A program made the position numbers and the translations under genes. From an uncultured Gammaproteobacteria bacterium (lineage in GTDB: Bacteria; Patescibacteriota; Microgenomatia; UBA8517), in contig CAZCXV010000003.1 in assembly GCA_964502815.1 (NCBI GenBank), positions 4,694 through 68,693 on the forward strand: DNA of 64,000 nt, in the 5' to 3' direction. Positions 48,775 to 58,134 of this stretch are shown here, piece after piece. Each line of letters starts with the position of its first letter. Within the stretch, counting starts at the first letter, position 1. A model generated the notes under the pieces. It ran no database searches, had not been told where the DNA came from, and saw only the letters and a list, made by a program, of their open reading frames with translations.

Positions 48775-48808
48775 CAGATTTGAAAAAAAAGGATTGTCGG
48801 GGATGGCA

Positions 48809-48834
48809 CTCGCCGCGCCCGCCCCCTCGGCGAG
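48809..48834. other. GC-rich hairpin (7-bp CTCGCCG/CGGCGAG stem, 12-nt loop) in an otherwise AT-rich spacer
   Basis: A perfect inverted repeat. On the minus strand a T8 run follows about 19 nt later, so it is a possible terminator for the 48891..49772 gene, though not canonical. Confidence 0.35.
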
Positions 48835-48890
48835 CGCTGCAAAGCTCTGTTTATATACTCAAAAAAGCCGCCGATTATTTTACTAAAATT

Positions 48891-49772
48891 CTACTCCGAT
48901 ATTGTTAAGGTTTCAGATTCTACAATTGACTGTGCTCCGAGTGTAAATCTATCTCTTTTTTCAAGTGAATAATAAAATTTAATTTTGTAGTTGCCTGGAA
49001 CCATCTTAGAAAAAGTTTTTTCTGGTATTACATTTGTTATATTTTTATTCGGCAGTAGAGTCTCAACGGACGGTGCAAGCATACAGACTTTTTGATCACC
49101 CTGTAAAGGGGTTGAATTATTGTCTGGAATGATAAAAACCTGTACTAAACTAGATGCGCAAGTTTCTGGGAAATAGTAGACGTTATTTTGCGTGTTATTT
49201 GTAATTGTAAAAACAATTGGTTCACTCGCTCTATATGTGGTTTTTTCAAGCTGTATAGCAACTCCAGTTTTCTGTTTCTGGGCATCTGATGGTTGGATAT
49301 TCGTTTGGCTCGAAAATTGGCACTTGCCACTGGAGCAAATAGGTTTCTCTGATAGTTCGCATGGTTTACAAGCAACGTTTCCCCCACAAGATTTTAATTG
49401 TTGAGATGAATAGTCTTTCCCAAATTCGTATTGTTCCCAATTCTTTGTTCTAATTAATTCTTTGTTTATAGCTTTTGGACAGCTGCAGCAGGAAGTTGCC
49501 TGTATTCCTATGATGCAATCATTATCTTGGGAACAGGCTAATTCACTTGGTAACGACGGTAGCGTTGGTATTATATTTGAACTCGATCGGTTGCTTTGAT
49601 ATATAGAAAATGCATACAAACCCAAAATTCCAAAAAAAAGGATGGCCAAAATAAACGTAGATATCATCCAGTAATTTATCTTTGGTTTTACTGAAATTTG
49701 CATAAGTTGATCGACGGAATTTTGTCCGATTTGTTGAGTATTTTGATCCCCAACATTTACTTGATTTTCCAT
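48891..49772 (-). CDS. Membrane-anchored Cys-rich extracytoplasmic protein
   Basis: Single TM helix followed by multiple CxxC/CC pairs (SCCSCP, CKPC). Confidence 0.4.
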   Translation of the reverse strand: MENQVNVGDQNTQQIGQNSVDQLMQISVKPKINYWMISTFILAILFFGILGLYAFSIYQSNRSSSNIIPTLPSLPSELACSQDNDCIIGIQATSCCSCPKAINKELIRTKNWEQYEFGKDYSSQQLKSCGGNVACKPCELSEKPICSSGKCQFSSQTNIQPSDAQKQKTGVAIQLEKTTYRASEPIVFTITNNTQNNVYYFPETCASSLVQVFIIPDNNSTPLQGDQKVCMLAPSVETLLPNKNITNVIPEKTFSKMVPGNYKIKFYYSLEKRDRFTLGAQSIVESETLTISE

Positions 49773-49948
49773 ATATATCTCCAGAAAATGATATCATATT
49801 CTCGAGTTTCAAGTAAGCTAAACTGAATCTAAGTTCCTTAAAATTTTTGCGTTTTTCTTTTGAAATCATTTCCTTGTAAGAAATGATTTGTCCGAGCCAT
49901 CTTTGAAAATCAGTCTGTATTTTTTCGTAAAGAGTCCACAGTTGAAGT

Positions 49949-50809
49949 CTAAAGCTCTTCTAACTTTTGTTTCTTTCCTGGGTCAGTAATACCTGCAAGT
50001 TCCAGATATCTTTCTGTAGTTGACAGTCTTTTGTGACCTACTGCTTGGCAAATTGTAACTAGGTCTACTCCTCTTTTAAGATTTTCCACAATAAATGTTG
50101 TCCTTAAGTCATTTACCGAATACTGGGGAATTTCTGCTTTTTGCATATACCTGTCTATTGCTGCCCTAATATTTCTGACTGCCAAGGGCTTGCCATTTTT
50201 ACTTACAAAGACATATACAGAATCTGTTTTCGGCCTTTGAGAAAGATAGTTATTTAAAGAAGTTTTTGCCGGGCCATTAAAGCCAATTTGTCTTTCTGGT
50301 TGGGTGGCATATTTTTCAATTATGATGGTGTCTGATTTCACATTTTCATTTTTTAGGCTGGCAACTTCTGATATTCTCATTCCAGTTTGCAAAATAAGCT
50401 CAACTATGGCGGCAATTCTGTTGTCTGTTTTAACTATGTCTCTTAAAGCTCGGTATTCAAGAGGAGAAAGAAACTTTGGCGAAGAGGAATCAATTTGAGG
50501 GTGTGAGACATCCTTAGAGGGGTCGAAGTTGCCCAATCCTTCAGACATCAACCACCTAAAAAAAGTTTTGACTGCGTTTAGTTTCCTGGAGGCTGACTTA
50601 GGAGTATATTTTTGCTGCAAGAGAGCGTCCCTAAAGGCCTCAATATCTTCGTGCCTGACATCGTCTGAAACAACCTTACTTCTTTTTTGTAAAAAAACGG
50701 TCAACTGTTCAAGATCTGCTCTGTAGGCTAGAATGGTTGAGGGAGACCTATTTTTGTCATTTAAGTCCTGGATAAATTTTGGCAGAAGTATCTTTAAAGG
50801 TTCTTGCAT
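49949..50809 (-). CDS. Tyrosine site-specific recombinase, XerC/XerD-like
   Basis: AYRADLEQLTVFL, RISEVASL, GHKRLSTTERYLEL, with catalytic R, H-x-x-R and Y. At 286 aa it is the size of Xer. Confidence 0.85.
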   Translation of the reverse strand: MQEPLKILLPKFIQDLNDKNRSPSTILAYRADLEQLTVFLQKRSKVVSDDVRHEDIEAFRDALLQQKYTPKSASRKLNAVKTFFRWLMSEGLGNFDPSKDVSHPQIDSSSPKFLSPLEYRALRDIVKTDNRIAAIVELILQTGMRISEVASLKNENVKSDTIIIEKYATQPERQIGFNGPAKTSLNNYLSQRPKTDSVYVFVSKNGKPLAVRNIRAAIDRYMQKAEIPQYSVNDLRTTFIVENLKRGVDLVTICQAVGHKRLSTTERYLELAGITDPGKKQKLEEL

Positions 50810-50871
50810 ATTTATAATTGATATTATCTTACCACAAAATTAAGGTTAATCAATAATTACTACAGGATACT

Positions 50872-51261
50872 ATGAAGGAAAAACAAATAAAGAAAATAAG
50901 CCTGAATTTAGATCTTTTCTACCGTTTGGGGGCAGTAATTGTCGGAATAATGCTGTCAATAACCTTAACCAGAAATATTCTTATAATATCTACGGCAAAT
51001 AAAAAAATTGCCAAAGTAAAAGATGAAATTATCTCCCTAAAAGAAAAAAATGAAACCTTAAAGAAACAAATCCAAGAATCTCAAACAGATGAATTTACCG
51101 AGAGGCAAGCCAGAAATAGATTGGGACTTGTTAGAGAAGGGGAAGTAGTTGTAGTTTTGCCTGAAGAGGAAATCTTAAAAAAATTCTCACCAAATATAAA
51201 AGAACAGGAAGATCAACTCCCAGATCCAAATTGGAAAAAGTGGCTGAAGTTATTTATGTGA
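50872..51261 (+). CDS. FtsB/DivIC-like septum formation initiator
   Basis: N-terminal TM helix, a coiled coil (LKEKNETLKKQIQE), and RQARNRLGLVREGEVV. Confidence 0.55.
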   Translation: MKEKQIKKISLNLDLFYRLGAVIVGIMLSITLTRNILIISTANKKIAKVKDEIISLKEKNETLKKQIQESQTDEFTERQARNRLGLVREGEVVVVLPEEEILKKFSPNIKEQEDQLPDPNWKKWLKLFM

Positions 51262-51291
51262 TAACTTAAACTCCACTTATTTAGTTTTGTG

Positions 51292-51361
51292 TTGCGGGGC
51301 TGGGAGTTGAACCCAGCCTGAAAGATTATGAGCCTTTCGTGCAGCCGTACACTACCCCGCA
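51292..51361 (-). tRNA. tRNA anticodon CAU (elongator Met or Ile2-lysidine type; not initiator-like)
   Basis: Acceptor TGCGGGG/CCCCGCA (fully paired). Anticodon stem AAAGG/TCTTT with loop CTCATAA. T-arm CTGGG-TTCAACT-CCCAG. Confidence 0.7.
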
Positions 51362-51440
51362 TGTAGGAATTTGCAAAGCAAATTCATAGCATCTATCTTT
51401 CGTTTTTTGTAAATGAACAGCCTCATTATAACATAAGATC

Positions 51441-51469
51441 TTGAGGCTGAGAAGGTATTAAGGTAAAAT
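51441..51469 (+). promoter_or_regulatory. Sigma70-like promoter: -35 TTGAGG, 17-nt spacer, -10 TAAAAT
   Basis: The -10 ends 9 nt upstream of the tRNA 5' end at 51479. Confidence 0.45.
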
Positions 51470-51478
51470 AGAAGTCAA

Positions 51479-51550
51479 GCCAGGGTAGCTCAATGGTGGA
51501 GCAGCAGATTCATAAACTGCAGGTTAAGAGTTCGATCCTCTTCCCTGGTA
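51479..51550 (+). tRNA. tRNA anticodon CAU (Met; G1-U72 wobble at the acceptor end)
   Basis: Acceptor GCCAGGG/CCCTGGT, D-stem GCTC/GAGC, anticodon loop TTCATAA, T-arm AAGAG-TTCGATC-CTCTT. Confidence 0.7.
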
Positions 51551-51601
51551 CTTAAAGATTAATTCCTTTCTTTTTAGCTTCGAAAGACTTAGAATACAAA
51601 T

Positions 51602-52582
51602 ATGACAAAACGCGTACTTGCTGGAATGAGGGCAACCGGCAGACTGCACTTGGGAAATTACTTAGGTGGGGCTAAAGGAATGCTTGAACTTCAAGACAAT
51701 CCTGAATATGAAACTCTTTACATGGTTGCAGATATGCATGGGGTTACTACTCCCTATGATGTTGAAAATCTGACCAAAAACAGACGGGAAATGATTTTAG
51801 ATTATTTAGCAATTGGGTTAGATCCGGAAAAAAGTATTATCTTTGCCCAATCAGAGATTGGTTTGCACGGGGAGTTGGCATTTTATTTATCCAGTATCGT
51901 CACTGTTGCTAGGATGCAGCACTTACCTACCTATAAAGACAAAAAAGCCCAATACCCAGATCATGTAACAATGGCACTTTTGAATTATCCAGTTTTAATG
52001 GCTGCAGATATTCTTTTATATAAAGCAAGTCTTGTCCCAGTGGGAATTGACCAAGAACCTCATCTGGAAGTAGCAAGAGAAATTACCAGAAAGATGAATG
52101 CTGAATACGGACTGGATTTTCCCGAACCCCAAAGATTTAAAACCAAAGGAGAATATGTGCCATCGCTTACAGGTGAAGGGAAAATGAGCAAGTCAGTTGA
52201 AGGAAGCTATATTTCTTTAACTGATAACTTGGAAACTATAAGAGCAAAAATTGCCAAGGTTCCAACTGCGACAAAATCTGGGGGTGAGATGTCTGATGGA
52301 GTTAAACTATTATTCAAGCTGATTGACCTTTTTATTCCAAACGATTCACGTGCAAAAGAATTAGAGAATATGTTTAGTAATGGGACTCTGAAATTTAGTG
52401 ATCTTAAAAACTATGTCTCCGAAATTGTATTTGCAGAACTTAAATCCATTCAAGAGAGAAGAAAAGACTTGGAAGCAAAGCCAGAATATATTGATGAAGT
52501 ATTAAAAAATGGTGCCCAAAAAGCCAGAAAAATTGCCCAGGAAACAATAGATGAAGTGAAACAGAAAATGGGACTTCAATAA
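51602..52582 (+). CDS. trpS: Tryptophanyl-tRNA synthetase
   Basis: TGRLHLGNYLG (the HIGH region) and KMSKS. Confidence 0.9.
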   Translation: MTKRVLAGMRATGRLHLGNYLGGAKGMLELQDNPEYETLYMVADMHGVTTPYDVENLTKNRREMILDYLAIGLDPEKSIIFAQSEIGLHGELAFYLSSIVTVARMQHLPTYKDKKAQYPDHVTMALLNYPVLMAADILLYKASLVPVGIDQEPHLEVAREITRKMNAEYGLDFPEPQRFKTKGEYVPSLTGEGKMSKSVEGSYISLTDNLETIRAKIAKVPTATKSGGEMSDGVKLLFKLIDLFIPNDSRAKELENMFSNGTLKFSDLKNYVSEIVFAELKSIQERRKDLEAKPEYIDEVLKNGAQKARKIAQETIDEVKQKMGLQ

Positions 52583-52583
52583 T

Positions 52584-52934
52584 ATGGATCAAATTTCTTT
52601 TTCAGACTTTCAAAAAGTTGATATCAGAATTGGAACAGTTATAGAGGCAGAGATTCCTGAGTGGAGTCACTGGGTAATGAGATTAAGGGTTGATTTGGGT
52701 CCAAAAATTGGCATTAAAACCGCTTTCTCAGGAATAATGAAGTTTCACAAGTCAGAGGAGCTTGTAGGCAAGCAATTTCCATTTGTTGTCAACTTAGAGC
52801 CAAAAAAGACAGGACCTGCCCGCGAACTATCTGAAGTAATGATGATAATGGCAGTCCCTAAAGAAGATGAAGAAACTGCCCCGATTTTATTTGCTCAACA
52901 AGACTCTGTGGCCAATGGGACAAAAGTGCGCTAA
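52584..52934 (+). CDS. tRNA-binding domain protein (CsaA/Trbp111-like)
   Basis: DFQKVDIRIGTVIEAEIPE...VVNLEPKKTGPARELSEVMMI matches the Myf/tRNA_bind OB-fold pattern. Confidence 0.7.
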   Translation: MDQISFSDFQKVDIRIGTVIEAEIPEWSHWVMRLRVDLGPKIGIKTAFSGIMKFHKSEELVGKQFPFVVNLEPKKTGPARELSEVMMIMAVPKEDEETAPILFAQQDSVANGTKVR

Positions 52935-52945
52935 AATAGCTTCTG

Positions 52946-55900
52946 ATGACCGATAATACAAAAAACGGCAATGGCCACAAAAATGGCAAAAACGGAAAAC
53001 CTACTAAAATTGTTAAAGTAGATTTTAATATTTGGAAAATAGCTCTAACAGTTTTAACCTTTCTTTTTATGGCGCCACTGTTTTTGTCTGTTTTTAAAGA
53101 CAAGTTAGATCAAAACAAAATTGAGCTTTCGCAGGCTTTAGCAGACATCAAAGAACAAAAAATTGAAAAGGTAGTTGTTGAAGAAAATAAGCTTCTTTTG
53201 ACTTATAAAGATGGCACAAATAAAGTTACATCTAAAGAAAACAGCATCTCGTTTCCAGAACTTATGGATAGATCTGGTATAAACTTAGCTGACGTTAAGT
53301 ATGACACTAATGACCAATCTCTCCTCAAGGCTTTTGCAGATTTAGTTAGTGTAGTTTTACCCATTGGTCTAATGGCAGTTCTTCTTTATTACTTTCTAAG
53401 GGCTCAGAATAAAGGTGCTTCAGATATTTTTTCCTTTGGCAGGAGCAAAGCCAAGTTGTTTGCTAAAGGTAAGCAAGATGTCAAGTTTGAAGACGTTGCA
53501 GGAATTGATGAAGCCAAAAGAGAACTAACCGAAATCGTTGATTTTTTGAAAAATCCTGCAAAGTACAAAAAAATTGGCGCCAGAACACCAAAAGGAGTTT
53601 TATTGGTTGGTCCCAGTGGAACTGGAAAGTGTATAACTGGAGAATCTATGGTGTGGACAAATAAGGGATTAATGGAGATCAAAGATATACCAAGATACTA
53701 TTATGTAGACAAAAATAATAATCGTACTTATGGCGCTTCGCTAGCAGGCTTTGATTTAGATAAGATCAAAAATAAAAATAGTTTTGCTTCTCATTGGTAT
53801 GATCTTGGTATTCAAAAAACAATAAAAATAAGATCTTCACAAGGTTACAACCTAGAAGGAACTCCCGAACATCCTGTTATATCTATGACTAATGATGGTG
53901 TTTTAAAATATAAAAAATTAAGCGAAGTTGAAAAAGGAGATTATTTAGCAATTCAATATGGAAGAAATATTTTTGGTGATTTAAATATGGTTGACCAAGA
54001 TACAGCCTATTTAATGGGACTTTTAACTGGTGATGGCAACATGAGTATTTCAAGTAGAGTTGGAATAACAAGTATTGACCCCGAAATAGTTAAATTTTTT
54101 AGAACTTATGTAAATAAACGATATCCTGATTCTGCAATTACCCCTAATGGTCAAAGTTATTTAATCTCAAACTGGGAATTTAAGAAATATTTGTACCAAT
54201 TGGGAATGAGCTATTTGCTTTCTTTTGATAAGGTTGTTCCTCCAACTATACTGCAGTCCCCAAAAAATATTCAAGTAGCTTTCTTACAAGGATTATTTGA
54301 CACCGATGCTTCAATTGAAAAAAGACATGGAGCCTTCGAATATGCCACGGTTAGCGAAAAGATGGCAAAGCAGGTGCAAATGATGATGCTTAATTTGGGA
54401 ATAATTGCTAGCTTGAATCAAAAAGGAAAGGTGGAAGATGGACATTACAGACCAGTTTATAGAATTACGATGACTGGAAGTGGACTTACTGCTTTTGCAA
54501 AAGAAGTTGGTTTCAAATTAACTAGAAAGAAAGAATTATTGTCTAAAAATGTTTCTAAAATGGGGCGTGTCAATACTAATATCGATGTAATTCCTGGTGT
54601 TGGTCGTCTAATTGAAGAGTCATGGAGGGAATTATCTAATAAAAAATTAAGTACAGAAAAATTGTCTAGAACAATAGATAAAGTTAGAAAAAGAAATAGG
54701 ATTTCTAGACAAACCCTCTCGGATTATTTGATTTATTCAAAATCTGTAAGTGACAATGTATTACATTATGAATTTATATATAGTCTGCTGAAATCTAATT
54801 TGTTCTTTTCTGAAGTTGTAGAAAAAACAAATAGTGAGAATCGTGTTTATGATTTCACAGTTCCAAAAACTCATTCCTTTATTTCAAATGGTTTTATTTC
54901 TCACAATACATTGCTTGCAAGAGCACTAGCCGGAGAAGCAGGTGTACCATTCTTTTCCATGGCAGGGAGTGAATTTATGGAGGTACTTGTAGGTGTGGGT
55001 GCATCCCGCGTGAGGGATTTATTTTCCCAAGCAAAAGCTTCGGCACCTTCGATTATTTTTATAGATGAGATTGATGCTATAGGTAGGCAGCGTGGTGGAA
55101 GAAATTTCATGGGAGGACATGACGAAAGAGAACAGACTTTAAACCAAATATTAGTTGAGCTGGATGGTTTTACGCCAAATGATCAAGTTCTAGTTCTTGC
55201 TAGCACTAACCGTGGAGATGTTTTGGATCCGGCACTACTTCGCCCTGGTAGATTTGATCGAAGAGTTATGCTTGATATGCCAGACAAAGAAGGTAGAGGA
55301 GAAATCTTAAAAATCCACGCTAGGGGCAAGAAATTTTCCGACAGTGTTAATTGGGGAAGAATTGCCGATAGGACAGTAGGTTTTTCTGGAGCTGATCTTG
55401 AAAATATGCTTAACGAAGCAGCAATTGCAGCAGCTAGACACGACAAAGAAGCAATTGAAATGAATGATATTGAAGAGGCGGCAACTAAAGTAAAACTAGG
55501 GCCAGCCAGAAAAAGACTCCAGAGCAAGGAAGACAGAACGATAACAGCAGCCCATGAAGCGGGTCATGCCATTGTCACCCATTTCCTTCCCAAGATGGAT
55601 CCGGTTCACAGAATCTCAATTGTTGCTAGGGGAATGAGTTTAGGACATACTTTAATTCCTCCTGCTGCAGACAGGTCTCATGAAACTAGGGAGAGATTTA
55701 TCCAACAGCTTGCAGCTATGCTTGGAGGAAGGGCTGCAGAAGAAGTGGTCTTTAATGAGATGACCTCTGGAGCCTCTAATGATATTGAATTGGCAACTAG
55801 GCTAGTCAGAGCAATGGTTGAAGAATATGGTATGAGTTCTCTGGGACCTATTAATTGGGGATTACAATCAAGCTATGGTGATTTTGGAAATGTTAACTAT

Positions 55901-56101
55901 ACGGAAAGTTCAAACATTTCCCAGAAAATGCAGGAAAAAGTTGATCTGGAAGTGGCCAAATTAATGGAAACTGCGCACCAAAAAGCTTTGACACTTGTCA
56001 AAAAGAACAGAAAACTTTTAGACAAAGTAACAGCTGCTTTATTAGAAAAAGAAACCATAGACCGAGACGAGTTTGAAAAAATTGTGGGGAAGAAAAAATA
56101 A
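52946..56101 (+). CDS. ftsH: ATP-dependent zinc metalloprotease FtsH, interrupted by an in-frame intein in the Walker A loop
   Basis: N-terminal TM helices. GPSGTGK| is followed by the intein, and the extein resumes |TLLARALAGEAGVPFF. The second region of homology, the HEAGH zinc site and the C-terminal helical domain are present. The extein is about 625 aa. Confidence 0.9.
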   Translation: MTDNTKNGNGHKNGKNGKPTKIVKVDFNIWKIALTVLTFLFMAPLFLSVFKDKLDQNKIELSQALADIKEQKIEKVVVEENKLLLTYKDGTNKVTSKENSISFPELMDRSGINLADVKYDTNDQSLLKAFADLVSVVLPIGLMAVLLYYFLRAQNKGASDIFSFGRSKAKLFAKGKQDVKFEDVAGIDEAKRELTEIVDFLKNPAKYKKIGARTPKGVLLVGPSGTGKCITGESMVWTNKGLMEIKDIPRYYYVDKNNNRTYGASLAGFDLDKIKNKNSFASHWYDLGIQKTIKIRSSQGYNLEGTPEHPVISMTNDGVLKYKKLSEVEKGDYLAIQYGRNIFGDLNMVDQDTAYLMGLLTGDGNMSISSRVGITSIDPEIVKFFRTYVNKRYPDSAITPNGQSYLISNWEFKKYLYQLGMSYLLSFDKVVPPTILQSPKNIQVAFLQGLFDTDASIEKRHGAFEYATVSEKMAKQVQMMMLNLGIIASLNQKGKVEDGHYRPVYRITMTGSGLTAFAKEVGFKLTRKKELLSKNVSKMGRVNTNIDVIPGVGRLIEESWRELSNKKLSTEKLSRTIDKVRKRNRISRQTLSDYLIYSKSVSDNVLHYEFIYSLLKSNLFFSEVVEKTNSENRVYDFTVPKTHSFISNGFISHNTLLARALAGEAGVPFFSMAGSEFMEVLVGVGASRVRDLFSQAKASAPSIIFIDEIDAIGRQRGGRNFMGGHDEREQTLNQILVELDGFTPNDQVLVLASTNRGDVLDPALLRPGRFDRRVMLDMPDKEGRGEILKIHARGKKFSDSVNWGRIADRTVGFSGADLENMLNEAAIAAARHDKEAIEMNDIEEAATKVKLGPARKRLQSKEDRTITAAHEAGHAIVTHFLPKMDPVHRISIVARGMSLGHTLIPPAADRSHETRERFIQQLAAMLGGRAAEEVVFNEMTSGASNDIELATRLVRAMVEEYGMSSLGPINWGLQSSYGDFGNVNYTESSNISQKMQEKVDLEVAKLMETAHQKALTLVKKNRKLLDKVTAALLEKETIDRDEFEKIVGKKK
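53630..54907 (+). other. Intein (426 aa) with LAGLIDADG homing-endonuclease domain
   Basis: Block A CITGESMVWT with Cys1. Block B GTPEHPV. The two LAGLIDADG motifs are YLMGLLTGDGNM and FLQGLFDTDAS. The terminal block is VYDFTV...FISHN followed by a +1 Thr. Confidence 0.8.
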
Positions 56102-56128
56102 ACTGCAGTTTTTGATAGAATACAAGTT

Positions 56129-57022
56129 GTGACTAGGTTAATTCTAATAGACGGCAATGCAATAATGCACCGCTCTTTCCATGCCCTTCCTCCACTTACT
56201 ACATTGACTAATGAACCTATCAATGCAGTTTATGGCTTTGTTTCCATGCTCATAAGAATCATCCACGACCTAAAGCCAAGCCATATTACGGTTTGCTTTG
56301 ATAGACCTGAAGCCACATTTAGGAAAAAAGAATTTGCAGGATATCAAGCCAAAAGACCTGAAATGGACACAAGCCTTTCTTCTCAGTTTGAAAAAATGTC
56401 TGAAGTACTGAGTGCTATGAATATTCCAGTTTACTCAAAAGCCGGCTTTGAGGCAGATGATGTTATTGGGACTATTTCAAAACAAGCTAAAGTTGATGAA
56501 GTAGTAATTGTAACCGGGGATAGAGATATTTTGCAGTTAGTAGACAAAAAAACTAAAGTCTATCTTCCTACTAAAGGACTATCTGAAGGAAAAATTTTTG
56601 ATTCAAGCAATGTTAAGGAAAAGATGGGAGTAACACCTATTCAAATAATTGACTTAAAAGCTTTAACTGGAGACTCGTCAGACAACTATCCTGGAGTTCC
56701 GGGAATTGGTCCAAAAACTGCAGTGATCTTAATTGAAAAATATGGGACATTAGAAAACATCTATGACCACTTAAAAGATATTAAAGAGTCAACTGCTAAA
56801 AAGCTTGAGGCGGGAAGAGACTTAGGCTTTCTTTGTAAAAAGCTGGCAACAATTGTAACTAGTGTAGAAACTGATTTTGATTTAGACAAGACAAAGAAAT
56901 GGAAAGTAGATGACCCAAACTTAATAGATCTTTTTCATACTTTTGGTTTTAAAACCCTAACAAGAAGAATTCAAGATTTGGGAAAAACTATTCAAGCAGA
57001 AAATCAAATGACTTTACTTTGA
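56129..57022 (+). CDS. Standalone 5'-3' exonuclease (Pol I N-terminal/FEN-like)
   Basis: LILIDGNAIMHRSFHA...FEADDVIGT...GVPGIGPKTA. Confidence 0.85.
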   Translation: MTRLILIDGNAIMHRSFHALPPLTTLTNEPINAVYGFVSMLIRIIHDLKPSHITVCFDRPEATFRKKEFAGYQAKRPEMDTSLSSQFEKMSEVLSAMNIPVYSKAGFEADDVIGTISKQAKVDEVVIVTGDRDILQLVDKKTKVYLPTKGLSEGKIFDSSNVKEKMGVTPIQIIDLKALTGDSSDNYPGVPGIGPKTAVILIEKYGTLENIYDHLKDIKESTAKKLEAGRDLGFLCKKLATIVTSVETDFDLDKTKKWKVDDPNLIDLFHTFGFKTLTRRIQDLGKTIQAENQMTLL

Positions 57023-58134
57023 AGATGAAAATAGCGCTAGTACACGACTACATTAGAGATTTTGGAGGAGCAGAAAGAGTTTTGAAGACTCTGACTGAAA
57101 TATATCCTGATGCCCCAATTTATACAGCTTTCTATGTTAAAAATTCCACAGCATACCGGGAATTCAAAGACAAAAAGATAGTAGAAAGCGCTTGGGCTCC
57201 ATTAGTCAAACATTTCAATTTATACAGCCCTTTAAGATTTTTGCTTCCAGCCATTTGGGGAAGCTTGGACTTGTCTGACTATGATTTAGTAATTACTTCC
57301 TGCTCAAACTATGTAGCCCGTGGATTTAAAGTGGGAAAGAAAACCAAAGTTGTAGCTTACTGTCATACACCGCCTAGATTTTTGTATGGCTATCAGACAG
57401 GGGACTTAACGCGAATTTGGCCAATTAAAATATATGCAGATATTCTTGCCCATTTCTTAAGACAGTTTGATTTTAATACAGCGAATACAATAGATCACTG
57501 GATTGCAAATTCCAAAAATGTTCAACAAAGAATTGCCAAGTTTTATAAAAAAAGCTCAATGGTAATCTACCCTCCTGTAGACTTTGAAAAATTCAGTAAC
57601 TTAAACTTGCCTAAAGAAAACTTCTACTTAATAGTTTCAAGAATTGTGGGAACAAAAGGTATAATGGAGGCAGTAGAAGCTGCAAGCAAATTAAACATCA
57701 ACTTAAAAATTGTAGGCGAGGGAGCTGGAATACTTTCTGTCGAAAATAAATTAAATAGATATCTAGGCAAAAATATCGAACTTTTGGGGCGAGTTAGTGA
57801 TGAAGAATTGACAAAACTATATTCAAGAGCAAAAGGTTTTATTGCTCTTGCCCGTGATGAAGACTTTGGCATGACGGTTGTTGAAGCCCAGTCGGCAGGA
57901 ACTCCAGTGATTGCTTTTAGAGGGGGAGGTTTTAAAGAATCGATTATTAAAAACAAAAGTGGTATATTTGTTGACAGTCTGGAAATAGAGAGCTTAAAAG
58001 AGGCTTTTGAAAAGTTTAAAAAGACAAAATGGAACAAGAAAATAATTCAAGAAAATGCCAAAAAGTTTGCAAAACAAAAATTTATTGCTAAAATGGGCAG
58101 CTTTATAAAAGCGCTTAAATTAAATGCTTATTGA
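57019..58134 (+). CDS. Family 4 glycosyltransferase
   Basis: EDFGMTVVEAQSAGTPVIAF matches the EX7E motif. Confidence 0.8.
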   Translation: MKMKIALVHDYIRDFGGAERVLKTLTEIYPDAPIYTAFYVKNSTAYREFKDKKIVESAWAPLVKHFNLYSPLRFLLPAIWGSLDLSDYDLVITSCSNYVARGFKVGKKTKVVAYCHTPPRFLYGYQTGDLTRIWPIKIYADILAHFLRQFDFNTANTIDHWIANSKNVQQRIAKFYKKSSMVIYPPVDFEKFSNLNLPKENFYLIVSRIVGTKGIMEAVEAASKLNINLKIVGEGAGILSVENKLNRYLGKNIELLGRVSDEELTKLYSRAKGFIALARDEDFGMTVVEAQSAGTPVIAFRGGGFKESIIKNKSGIFVDSLEIESLKEAFEKFKKTKWNKKIIQENAKKFAKQKFIAKMGSFIKALKLNAY

